From positions 210,001-242,000 of the forward strand of contig NZ_CP089977.1 in NCBI RefSeq assembly GCF_025643275.1: a stretch of 32,000 nt of DNA, in the 5' to 3' direction. The notes under the pieces are model-generated. The model was not told the DNA's origin and searched no databases. It saw only the letters and a program-made list of their open reading frames with translations. Positions 1 to 9,121 of the stretch are shown here, one piece after another; position 1 is the stretch's first letter, and every line of letters starts with the position of its first letter. Made by a program: the position numbers and the translations under genes. This DNA comes from Moraxella nasicaprae (GTDB taxonomy: Bacteria; Pseudomonadota; Gammaproteobacteria; Pseudomonadales; Moraxellaceae).

Positions 1-520
1 GCGGACGCTGAGCATTGTTGCCCCACGCATAATCCTTATCGGTCGACCAAGCAGCCGCTTCTGAAATAATGGTGCTTCTAGCACCTGATTGGTCAATCGA
101 CCATTTTACTTCATCAAAGACAAAAAATTCAGGCTCTGGCCCAAAAAAAGCCGTGTCGCCAATGCCTGTTGATTTTAGATAGGTTTCGGCACGACGAGCG
201 ATTGAACGAGGGTCTTTGCCATAGCCTTGCAAAGTTTCTGGCTCAATGATGTCGCACGCCACCACCACAGTTGGTGCTTCATAAAATGGGTCAAGATATG
301 CCGTCTGTGGGTCTGGACGCAAAATCATGTCAGACGCCTCCACACCTTTCCAGCCAGCCACGCTTGAAGCGTCAAACATTTTGCCGTCTTCTAGCGTATC
401 CTCATCAACACTACTCGCTGGAAAAGTTAGGTGCATTTCTTTGCCGTGCGTGTCCGTAAAACGAAAATCCACCCATTTTGCACCTGATGATTCAATCAAA
501 TCAAACAACTTATTTGACAT
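1..520 (-). CDS. glnA: Glutamine synthetase type I, N-terminal ~173 codons (gene continues past window start)
   Basis: Reverse-strand translation from the ATG (complement of 518-520) reads MSNKLFDLIESSGAKWVDFRFTDTHGKEMHLTFPA..GKMFDASSVAGWKG..DPRSIARRAETYLKSTGIGDTAFFGPEPEFFVFD. This matches the GlnA N-terminal and early catalytic region. A GGAG lies upstream. It is absent from the ORF track because no stop falls in the window. Confidence 0.85.
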   Translation of the reverse strand, partial: MSNKLFDLIESSGAKWVDFRFTDTHGKEMHLTFPASSVDEDTLEDGKMFDASSVAGWKGVEASDMILRPDPQTAYLDPFYEAPTVVVACDIIEPETLQGYGKDPRSIARRAETYLKSTGIGDTAFFGPEPEFFVFDEVKWSIDQSGARSTIISEAAAWSTDKDYAWGNNAQRP

Positions 521-1101
521 ATCTATTCTCCATTAAAAGCCACAACCACCCCATAGGCGGTTAGATTATTCTTTGGCTTATATCATACGCTAATTTTGTG
601 CATTCGTAAAGTCTTATCATAATAAAAACTTATTAAATCATAGGAATTATTTATAAATAAAATTTTAGGCGTTATGTTCACAAGCCATCAATGGTACAAT
701 GACATAAATATCATAATATATTGATTTTATTATAAAAATTCTTATTTTATCAATATCATATTAATAATATTATAAAATAAAATGTTAATAAAAATATCAA
801 TAGGTTATTTTTATCATATAAAATTATTATATCATAAAAAAATATGATAAAAATCTGCCAATTTCTTAAAGCCTGATAGCAGCTTATTTGACATACACCC
901 CCTTGTTAAACCATCAGAATAAATACGACTACTCATACTACCTATGGTTGCAAATACATCACGCCTCCAGATTTGTTATTTTGCGACGGCAAGGCCTTGC
1001 CATAAAGTCACTGGTAATCATACAGTAAATTGGTAAAGTCTGTTTTTTTATTATATAATTTGTATCTCATTTCTATGTTTTTATCAATCAAAGGATTGTC
1101 T

Positions 1102-4100
1102 ATGCTATTTGCAAACTTCACTAAGCAATACCCACTTTCCAAAACCTTGCGTTTTGAGTTAAAACCAATTGGCAAAACCTTAGGGCACATTCAAGCCAAA
1201 AACTTTTTGGAGAAAGATGCAACCCTTGCCGAAAATTATCAAAAAATCAAACCGATTCTTGATGATTATCATCGTGATTTTATAGAGCAGGCATTAAATG
1301 ATGTGGCGTTGTTGGCGTTGGCAGATTTTCAAAGCCACTATTTAGCACTCAAACAAAATAAAAATGATGATAAGCTGCGTAAAGCCTTAGAAAAATCACA
1401 AGAGCAATTACGCAAAGCCATTGTCAAACAATTTAAAAAAGATGAACAAACCAAAGCCTTATTTGAAAGTTTATTCGCCAAAGAATTGTTTGGTAATCAC
1501 AAAGAATACGGAAATTTGGTTAAATGGATTATCCAAAAAGAAGGTGAAAACTCGCCAAACATCGCCCTTGTGCAACAGTTTATTGGTTTTACGACTTATT
1601 TTACAGGTTTTTATGAAAACCGTAAAAATCTTTATAGTGATGAAGCCAAGCATACTGCCATCGTTTATCGCTTAATTCACGAGAATTTACCAAGATTTGT
1701 GGATAATATTCAGATTTTAAGTCAAATTAAAGATAAATATGATGATTTATATCAACAACTTAAGCAATTAGATAGTCAAATCACTACTTATTTCGATGAT
1801 TTTAAGATTGATGATTTGTTGGATATTGATTTTTATAGTCGGCTTTTAACCCAATCTAGTATTACCGCTTATAATGCCTTATTGGGTGGAAAGGTTTTGG
1901 ATAATGGTACAAAGTTGCAAGGTATCAATGAACTGATTAACCTATTCAACCAAAAGCATAAAACCAAAATCGCCAAATTAAAATCATTACATAAACAAAT
2001 ATTAAGTGACAAACAAAGTCTATCGTTTTTACCGCCAAAATTTAATGATGACAATGCAGTTTGTGTTGCGATTAAAGATTTTTATTATGGTTATCATGAC
2101 AGTTTTGCCAAGGTTGCCACTTTATTAAATGACATTCAAAAATATGATTTAAACGGTATCTATATTCATCACGGACAATTAACCCATATTTCTCATACTT
2201 TATATGGAAATTTCAATTTTATTAATAATGCTTTGGTGGAATATTATGCCAATGTTATGAATACTGAATTTAATAGCAAACTTGCCAAAGCCAAAAAAGA
2301 CAGTGCCAAAGAAAAATTACTCAAAGAGCGAGATAAATTCATCAAATCCGAGCATAGTATTGCCGTTTTGGAGCAAGCATTAACCCAATATTGTCAAAAT
2401 AAAGATGATATTGCATTTATTTCTATTGCCGATTATTTTGCAGAATGTGCCACTTGGCTTGACGATAAAAAATTATCAATCATCAAAGACATTGATAATA
2501 AATTTAGCACTATTAAAGGCTTTGTAGAAAAAGACTATCCAAAAGGCGAATGTAGTTTTTATAAACATAAAAAATCCCAAGACATCATCAATCTAAAATT
2601 ATTTTTAGATAGCGTAATGACATTGGTGCATTTTATTAAACCATTGGCGGTTACTGCTGATGGATTAAATGAAGACAAATCTTTTTATGGTGAATTTACA
2701 CCTTTGTATGATGATTTAAAACAGTTTACTTCACTTTACAATAAAGTGCGTGATTATATTTCGCAAAAAGCCTTTAATACTGAGAAATATAAGCTCAATT
2801 TTGATAATGCCACTTTATTAAATGGCTGGGATTTAAATAAAGAAAAAGATAATTTTGGCATTATCTTACAGAAAAATGGCAATTATTATTTGGCAATTTT
2901 GGATAAAGACCATAAAAAAGTCTTTGAACAAGCACCTGTTGCAACCAGCCAAGATGTTTATCAAAAAATGCTGTATAAACTGTTACCCGGTCCAAACAAA
3001 ATGCTTCCAAAAGTATTTTTTGCCGATAGCAATATTGACTATTATGCACCGCCAAAAGAGCTTTTGGAAAAATATAAATTAGGTACACATAAAAAAGGTG
3101 ATTTGTTTAATTTGGCAGATTGTCATCGCTTGATTGATTTCTTTAAAGCCAGTATTAACAAGCACCCTGAATGGAAGGAATTTGGCTTTGTGTTTTCTGA
3201 TACCAGTACTTATCAGGATTTGAGTGATTTTTATAGAGAAGTTGAACCACAAGGTTATAAAGTGCGTTTTGTGGATATTGACAGCAGTTATATTGATGAC
3301 TTGGTGGAGCAAGGCAAATTATATCTGTTCCAAATTTACAATAAAGATTTTTCTACAAAATCTTATGGCAAGAAAAACCTGCATACTTTGTATTTTCAAG
3401 CGTTATTTAGCCCTGAAAACTTGCAAAATGTCGTTTATAAATTAAATGGCGAAGCGGAAATTTTTTATCGCAGGGCGTCATTAAATCTTGATGATGTGGC
3501 AAAACACCCTGCTGGCGAAGTGTTAAAGATGAAAAATCCAAACAATCGCAATCAAAATAAAATCGCCACGCATACCATTATTAAAGATAAACGCTACACT
3601 GAAGATAAGTTTTTATTACATATTCCAATTACGATGAATTTTGGCGTAAATGCAACTGGTTTTAAAGAATTTAATAAAAATGTCAATCAAACATTAAAAT
3701 CAAGCAAAGATGACATTCATATCATCGGAATTGACCGTGGCGAACGCCATTTGTTATATGTTAGTGTAATTAACCAAAAAGGCGAAATTATTGAACAAAA
3801 ATCCCTAAATGAAATCATCAATATTGGGCATAATGGCGATGAGCTTAGCGTTAATTATCACACCATTTTGGATAATAAAGAAAAAGCACGTGCCGATGCC
3901 CGTGTAAACTGGGGTGAAATTGAAAATATCAAAGAAATCAAGCAAGGCTATTTAAGCCAAGTGGTGCATTATATTAGCCAGTTGATGCTAAAATATAATG
4001 CCATCATCGTGCTTGAAGATTTGAATTTTGGCTTTAAGCGTGGACGATTTAAGGTTGAAAAACAAGTTTATCAAAACTTTGAAAATGCCTTGATTAAAAA

Positions 4101-4896
4101 ACTTAATTATTTGGTATTAAAAGGCAAAAATGCCGATGAATTGGGCGGTGTGCGAAATGCATTGCAATTAACCAATAGTTTTGGCGATATTAAAGAAATT
4201 GGCAAACAAACAGGCTTTTTATTTTATGTACCTGCGTGGAATACCAGTAAAATTGACCCAACGACTGGCTTTGTGGATTTATTAAAACCGCGTTATGAGA
4301 GTGTGGAAAAGTCCATTGAATTTTTCAAAAAGTTTAGTGCCATTCGTTATAATGCCAAAGCGGATTATTTTGAATTTGAGATTGATTATAATCAGTTTGG
4401 TAATAAACAGGTTGGCACACAAACGCATTGGACGATTTGCTCTTATGGCGATGTGCGTTATGCTTATAATCCAAGTGATAAATCCACCCAGACAATCAAT
4501 GTTAATCAAGCATTAAAAGATTTATTTAAAGCGTGCGATATTGATTATCAATCTGGCAATGATTTAATTAATGCTATTTGTCAAAATAATAGCAAAAAAT
4601 TACACAGCGGATTATGTTATCTTTTAAAAGTATTATTAGCATTACGATATAGCAATGCTCAAACTGGCGATGATTTTATTTTATCACCTGTAATGAATGA
4701 AAATGGCGAGTTTTTTGACAGTCGTAAAGCAGATAAAACCCTACCAAATGATGCCGATGCCAATGGGGCATATCATATCGCCTTAAAAGGATTATGGGTA
4801 TTGCATCAGATTAAAGCAAGTGATGATTTGGATAAATTAAAACTGGCGATTAGCAATCAAGAATGGCTAGAATTTACGCAAAGTCGTAATAAATAA
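1102..4896 (+). CDS. cas12a: Cas12a (Cpf1), type V-A single-subunit CRISPR effector, 1264 aa
   Basis: I place the start at ATG 1102 (AAGGA at 1091-1095), giving MLFANFTKQYPLSKTLRFELKPIGKTL, the canonical Cas12a N-terminus. The ORF-track TTG at 1030 adds 24 implausible residues. RuvC-I is IGIDRGERHLLY (Asp codon 3733-3735), RuvC-II is IIVLEDLNFGFK (Glu codon 4015-4017) and RuvC-III is DADANGAYHIALKG (4750-4791). There is no HNH insert. The pre-crRNA processing context KHPAGE...IIKDKRY is present. cas4-cas1-cas2 and a Cas12a-type repeat array follow. Confidence 0.97.
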   Translation: MLFANFTKQYPLSKTLRFELKPIGKTLGHIQAKNFLEKDATLAENYQKIKPILDDYHRDFIEQALNDVALLALADFQSHYLALKQNKNDDKLRKALEKSQEQLRKAIVKQFKKDEQTKALFESLFAKELFGNHKEYGNLVKWIIQKEGENSPNIALVQQFIGFTTYFTGFYENRKNLYSDEAKHTAIVYRLIHENLPRFVDNIQILSQIKDKYDDLYQQLKQLDSQITTYFDDFKIDDLLDIDFYSRLLTQSSITAYNALLGGKVLDNGTKLQGINELINLFNQKHKTKIAKLKSLHKQILSDKQSLSFLPPKFNDDNAVCVAIKDFYYGYHDSFAKVATLLNDIQKYDLNGIYIHHGQLTHISHTLYGNFNFINNALVEYYANVMNTEFNSKLAKAKKDSAKEKLLKERDKFIKSEHSIAVLEQALTQYCQNKDDIAFISIADYFAECATWLDDKKLSIIKDIDNKFSTIKGFVEKDYPKGECSFYKHKKSQDIINLKLFLDSVMTLVHFIKPLAVTADGLNEDKSFYGEFTPLYDDLKQFTSLYNKVRDYISQKAFNTEKYKLNFDNATLLNGWDLNKEKDNFGIILQKNGNYYLAILDKDHKKVFEQAPVATSQDVYQKMLYKLLPGPNKMLPKVFFADSNIDYYAPPKELLEKYKLGTHKKGDLFNLADCHRLIDFFKASINKHPEWKEFGFVFSDTSTYQDLSDFYREVEPQGYKVRFVDIDSSYIDDLVEQGKLYLFQIYNKDFSTKSYGKKNLHTLYFQALFSPENLQNVVYKLNGEAEIFYRRASLNLDDVAKHPAGEVLKMKNPNNRNQNKIATHTIIKDKRYTEDKFLLHIPITMNFGVNATGFKEFNKNVNQTLKSSKDDIHIIGIDRGERHLLYVSVINQKGEIIEQKSLNEIINIGHNGDELSVNYHTILDNKEKARADARVNWGEIENIKEIKQGYLSQVVHYISQLMLKYNAIIVLEDLNFGFKRGRFKVEKQVYQNFENALIKKLNYLVLKGKNADELGGVRNALQLTNSFGDIKEIGKQTGFLFYVPAWNTSKIDPTTGFVDLLKPRYESVEKSIEFFKKFSAIRYNAKADYFEFEIDYNQFGNKQVGTQTHWTICSYGDVRYAYNPSDKSTQTINVNQALKDLFKACDIDYQSGNDLINAICQNNSKKLHSGLCYLLKVLLALRYSNAQTGDDFILSPVMNENGEFFDSRKADKTLPNDADANGAYHIALKGLWVLHQIKASDDLDKLKLAISNQEWLEFTQSRNK

Positions 4897-4949
4897 GTAG
4901 TCAGGCTCAATTTGTTATCAGATTGAGCCTGATTTTTTTGGAGTACATT

Positions 4950-5516
4950 ATGGAACACAATGTTTTAAATATCAGTCAATTAAATGACTTTATATTTTGT
5001 CCTTATTCTATTTATTTAAAAAATGTTTATCAGGCATTAGATGATGAACAATTTCACGACACGCCACAAGTCGCAGGAAAACAGGCACACGAGACAGTAG
5101 ATAATGGGAGTTATAGTACCAAAAAGAATGTTTTAACAAGTATGTTTGTGTATTCTGAAAAATATGGGCTGATTGGCAAGATTGACCAATATTTTATACA
5201 AAGCAAAAAGTTAATTGAACGCAAGAAAAAGATTAAAACCATTTATGATGGTTATAAGTTACAACTTTATGCCCAATATTTTTGCTTGATTGAAATGGGA
5301 TTTGAAATTGAATATCTGGGCTTTCATTCTATGGACGATAATAAAAATTATCAAATTGATATACCAAATGATGAGATTACTTCATGGTTTGAAAATCATT
5401 TAAATAAAATCCGTCATTATAATCCCAGTTTTGGTATTAAAAATGTGAATTTGAATAAATGCCAATATTGTATTTATTCTGCTTTGTGCGACCAAACAAC
5501 TTTGTATGACAATTAG
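4950..5516 (+). CDS. cas4: Cas4 RecB-like nuclease, 188 aa
   Basis: ATG 4950 with GGAG at 4940-4943; the track start at 4923 is a TTG. It has the nuclease motif IGKIDQY...LIERKKK. It also has one N-terminal Cys (FIFCPYS) and C-terminal CQYCIYSALC (C-x2-C-x5-C), typical of the Cas4 Fe-S cluster. It sits between cas12a and cas1. Confidence 0.9.
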   Translation: MEHNVLNISQLNDFIFCPYSIYLKNVYQALDDEQFHDTPQVAGKQAHETVDNGSYSTKKNVLTSMFVYSEKYGLIGKIDQYFIQSKKLIERKKKIKTIYDGYKLQLYAQYFCLIEMGFEIEYLGFHSMDDNKNYQIDIPNDEITSWFENHLNKIRHYNPSFGIKNVNLNKCQYCIYSALCDQTTLYDN

Positions 5517-5525
5517 GGGGTATTT

Positions 5526-6542
5526 ATGCTAAATCAAAGTGATTTAAAACATCGTCAAGTGGTATTATTAACTAATCAAGAACTCCGTCATTTATGTATA
5601 GTACAAGGCAATATTGTGATTAAAGATGAAAATGATGAAGTCTTAACACGCTTATCCAAAAACAAAGTATTGGCAATAATGAGCATTGGGCATATTACTT
5701 TAACCAGTGTATTATTGGATTATTGCCAAAAACATAATATTGCGTTAATCTTAATGAATGAAAGATTAAGACCTATTTTATTTTTAAGTCATTCTGCTGA
5801 TGCCAATTTTTTATTAAGACAAAAGCAATATTTAATGGCTGATGATTTAAAACTGTATTTTGCAAGTCTTATTGTGAAAAGTAAAATAGATGGTCATATT
5901 ACTTTATTAAAAAGCATTAGAAATAAAAATGATGATATTAAACAAGCGATTGCTAATTTGATTCAATATCAAGAACAATGTTTAACCGCTAGTGATTTAA
6001 ATTATCTTATGGGTATTGAAGGTAACTGTGCAAAATTGTTTTTTAAAATCCATTTTGGGCAATTAAAACATTGCCAGTGGCAAGGTAGAAAACCCAGATT
6101 AAAACTTGACCCTATCAATGTGGTACTGGATATTGGCTATACGCTACTGTTTAATTATATTGAATGTAATTTAAAATTGTTTGGTTTTGATGTTTATCAA
6201 GGCGTGTTACATCAACTTTGGTTTAAACGAAAATCATTGGTGTGTGATTTTGTTGAGCCGTTTCGCTGTATTATTGACAAACAGGTGCTAAATTCATTTA
6301 ATTTAGGTCAATTTAAAAGCGAGCATTTTACGCAAAATAAAATGCAATATGTTTTAAAATCAGAATACAATCGTGCGTACAATACCATTTTAATGCAGGC
6401 GATTATTGAACATAAACAGGCGATTTTTATTTATTTGAAAGATTATTATCGCTTATTTATGAAATTAAATTGGGTGAATACAGAAATTGATTTTCCAGAA
6501 TTTGATTTATTTACCAAAGAAACAGAACAGGAGGCAGAATGA
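5526..6542 (+). CDS. cas1: Cas1 integrase, 338 aa
   Basis: Translation carries Cas1-like acidic and His motifs (GIEGNCAKLFF; HQLWFKRKSLVCDFVEPFRCIID). A G-rich RBS lies at 5515-5519. The stop overlaps the cas2 start by 4 nt (ATGA at 6539-6542). Confidence 0.9.
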   Translation: MLNQSDLKHRQVVLLTNQELRHLCIVQGNIVIKDENDEVLTRLSKNKVLAIMSIGHITLTSVLLDYCQKHNIALILMNERLRPILFLSHSADANFLLRQKQYLMADDLKLYFASLIVKSKIDGHITLLKSIRNKNDDIKQAIANLIQYQEQCLTASDLNYLMGIEGNCAKLFFKIHFGQLKHCQWQGRKPRLKLDPINVVLDIGYTLLFNYIECNLKLFGFDVYQGVLHQLWFKRKSLVCDFVEPFRCIIDKQVLNSFNLGQFKSEHFTQNKMQYVLKSEYNRAYNTILMQAIIEHKQAIFIYLKDYYRLFMKLNWVNTEIDFPEFDLFTKETEQEAE

Positions 6543-6808
6543 TTATCGTCAGTTATGATATTAGCGATAATAAAGTACGAGCTAAATTTGCCAAATTTTT
6601 AATGGAATATGGCGACCGTTTGCAGTATTCGGTATATGAAATCCAAAATAGCGAAAGGGTGCTAAATATCGTTACACAAAGAATCAAACACGAGTTTGAA
6701 CCCTTGTTTTGTGGGGCGGATAGTGTTATAATATTTAGGTTTACAGAGCGAGAAGTATTGCGTTTTGGTAATGCTGTTCATCGCACACAGGATCTGTTGG
6801 TATTGTGA
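6539..6808 (+). CDS. cas2: Cas2, 89 aa
   Basis: MIIVSYDISDNKVRAKFAKFLMEYGDRLQYSVYE is the classic Cas2 N-terminal beta-strand with its Asp. AGGAGG lies upstream. The gene is translationally coupled to cas1. Confidence 0.92.
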   Translation: MIIVSYDISDNKVRAKFAKFLMEYGDRLQYSVYEIQNSERVLNIVTQRIKHEFEPLFCGADSVIIFRFTEREVLRFGNAVHRTQDLLVL

Positions 6809-6937
6809 GATTATTTAATAACTTGCAAACCTTAGTCTTTCTGTTGTAAATGTTGAGTTTTTGGGGTGAAAATGAGTGAAATTTGCATAAATTTTAATCA
6901 AAATATGGCTGTTTTTAGCCAATTTACCCCAAAACGG
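6809..6937 (+). promoter_or_regulatory. CRISPR leader (AT-rich, between cas2 stop and first repeat)
   Basis: Its position is immediately upstream of the best-conserved repeats, while the degenerate repeat lies at the far end. It contains the inverted repeat TTTTGGGGT (6859-6867) / ACCCCAAAA (6926-6934). A weak sigma70-like candidate is TTGCAA (6824-6829), N17, GTAAAT. Confidence 0.7.
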
Positions 6938-7987
6938 GTCTAACGACCTTATTTAATTTCTACTATTGTAGATAGTCAAGCTCGTATAGTTCGAATACTG
7001 TCTAACGACCTTATTTAATTTCTACTATTGTAGATCATTACTTTGGCTCGCCAACGCTGATACGTCTAACGACCTTATTTAATTTCTACTATTGTAGATG
7101 CTTATGTAAGCCCCAAAAATTGCATAGTCTAACGACCTTATTTAATTTCTACTATTGTAGATTTGGCTGTTGCTGTTGATGGAGTGAAGTCTAACGACCT
7201 TATTTAATTTCTACTATTGTAGATAAATTTGTTAACACCAGCTGTGCCAAGGTCTAACGACCTTATTTAATTTCTACTATTGTAGATCCATTACTTTCAA
7301 ATACGCCTGTACAGTCTAACGACCTTATTTAATTTCTACTATTGTAGATAAAGCATTGAATTAGGTGCTATTCAAGTCTAACGACCTTATTTAATTTCTA
7401 CTATTGTAGATTCGCAAAAGTACACCGCCCTTAAAACGGGTCTAACGACCTTATTTAATTTCTACTATTGTAGATGACATACCGTCCAGTCTATTGTGGA
7501 GTTTGTCTAACGACCTTATTTAATTTCTACTATTGTAGATTGGTCTAAAACTTGTCGAAGAACAGCAGTCTAACGACCTTATTTAATTTCTACTATTGTA
7601 GATCTTAGCTGCTTTGCGTGCTTGTTTAAGTGTCTAACGACCTTATTTAATTTCTACTATTGTAGATCAAAGCATTGCAGTTGATGATGAGTACGTCTAA
7701 CGACCTTATTTAATTTCTACTATTGTAGATAAAAAAAATATTGACAACAAAAAAGCTGTCTAACGACCTTATTTAATTTCTACTATTGTAGATAAAAATG
7801 AAAAATAATACTTGACAAGTGGTCTAACGACCTTATTTAATTTCTACTATTGTAGATTAAGCTAGTCTAATTATATAGTATTTATGTCTAACGACCTTAT
7901 TTAATTTCTACTATTGTAGATCTTTTGAGAAATTGACGGCAAGGTCAGGCGGTCTAACGACCTTATTTAATTTCTACTATTGTAGAT

Positions 7988-9121
7988 CAGGGCAAACAAC
8001 AGATGATAGACAGAGTCTAACGACCTTATTTAATTTCTACTATTGTAGATATGATAATGTTGCCATGTTCATCCGCTGTCTAACGACCTTATTTAATTTC
8101 TACTATTGTAGATTTGAAGGACTTGATAAAGATTTACAAGTCTAACGACCTTATTTAATTTCTACTATTGTAGATTTTCAATCCATCTTCATCAATGCTA
8201 TGTCTAACGACCTTATTTAATTTCTACTATTGTAGATCGGGCTGTTTCTTGTCTCAGTCCGTAAGTCTAACGACCTTATTTAATTTCTACTATTGTAGAT
8301 AAAGTTTGGGATTGTGTATCTTGTAACAAGTCTAACGACCTTATTTAATTTCTACTATTGTAGATAGCCTTTGGGCGAGCACCACCAGAGCTGTCTAACG
8401 ACCTTATTTAATTTCTACTATTGTAGATGCTGTTTGTCGTATTCGCTTGTGGTGTGTCTAACGACCTTATTTAATTTCTACTATTGTAGATCCGTGAATT
8501 TGACTTTTTCGATTTTGAGTCTAACGACCTTATTTAATTTCTACTATTGTAGATCAGGGCAAACAACAGATGATAGACAGAGTCTAACGACCTTATTTAA
8601 TTTCTACTATTGTAGATATGATAATGTTGCCATGTTCATCCGCTGTCTAACGACCTTATTTAATTTCTACTATTGTAGATTTGAAGGACTTGATAAAGAT
8701 TTACAAGTCTAACGACCTTATTTAATTTCTACTATTGTAGATTTTCAATCCATCTTCATCAATGCTATGTCTAACGACCTTATTTAATTTCTACTATTGT
8801 AGATCGGGCTGTTTCTTGTCTCAGTCCGTAAGTCTAACGACCTTATTTAATTTCTACTATTGTAGATAAAGTTTGGGATTGTGTATCTTGTAACAAGTCT
8901 AACGACCTTATTTAATTTCTACTATTGTAGATAGCCTTTGGGCGAGCACCACCAGAGCTGTCTAACGACCTTATTTAATTTCTACTATTGTAGATGCTGT
9001 TTGTCGTATTCGCTTGTGGTGTGTCTAACGACCTTATTTAATTTCTACTATTGTAGATCCGTGAATTTGACTTTTTCGATTTTGAGTCTAACGACCTTAT
9101 TTAATTTCTACTATTGTAGAT
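7988..9121 (+). repeat. Tandem duplication inside the array: 2 x 567 bp (9 spacer-repeat units each)
   Basis: Spacers 17-25 (7988-8554) recur in the same order as spacers 26-34 (8555-9121). I saw no differences by eye. The identical array-spanning ORF translations at 7933-8145 and 8371-8712 corroborate part of the block. Confidence 0.95.

Noticed and set aside
535-600. Sigma54-like TGGGGT-N5-TGGCTT on the minus strand upstream of glnA
   Set aside because: It lies too close to the ATG. It would leave a 5' UTR of about 8 nt overlapping the RBS, and the match to TGGCAC-N5-TTGCA is poor.
600-860. Fur-box interpretation of the ATCATA-rich tract
   Set aside because: The sequence has only partial resemblance to GATAATGATAATCATTATC. 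I could not align a convincing 19-bp box, so I kept it as an unassigned motif instead.
1030-1101. 24-codon N-terminal extension of cas12a from TTG 1030
   Set aside because: ATG 1102 has an AAGGA RBS and yields the conserved Cas12a N-terminus MLF..F...YPLSKTLRFEL. The extension is hydrophobic, AT-rich filler.
521-1101. tracrRNA or anti-repeat upstream of cas12a, and likewise downstream of the array
   Set aside because: I found no stretch complementary to the repeat in either flank. Type V-A does not need one.
1421-4516. Small ORFs inside or antisense to cas12a (for example 1421-1675, 1471-1653, 2855-3088, 3079-3445, 4282-4516)
   Set aside because: They lie entirely within a well-supported long CDS. 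They are low-complexity products of AT-rich sequence with no start or RBS support.
7412-7439. Spacer 8 ends in AAAACGG, the same 7 nt that end the leader before repeat 1
   Set aside because: Only 7 nt match, the spacer has normal length, and upstream similarity is lacking. This is compatible with chance after many comparisons.
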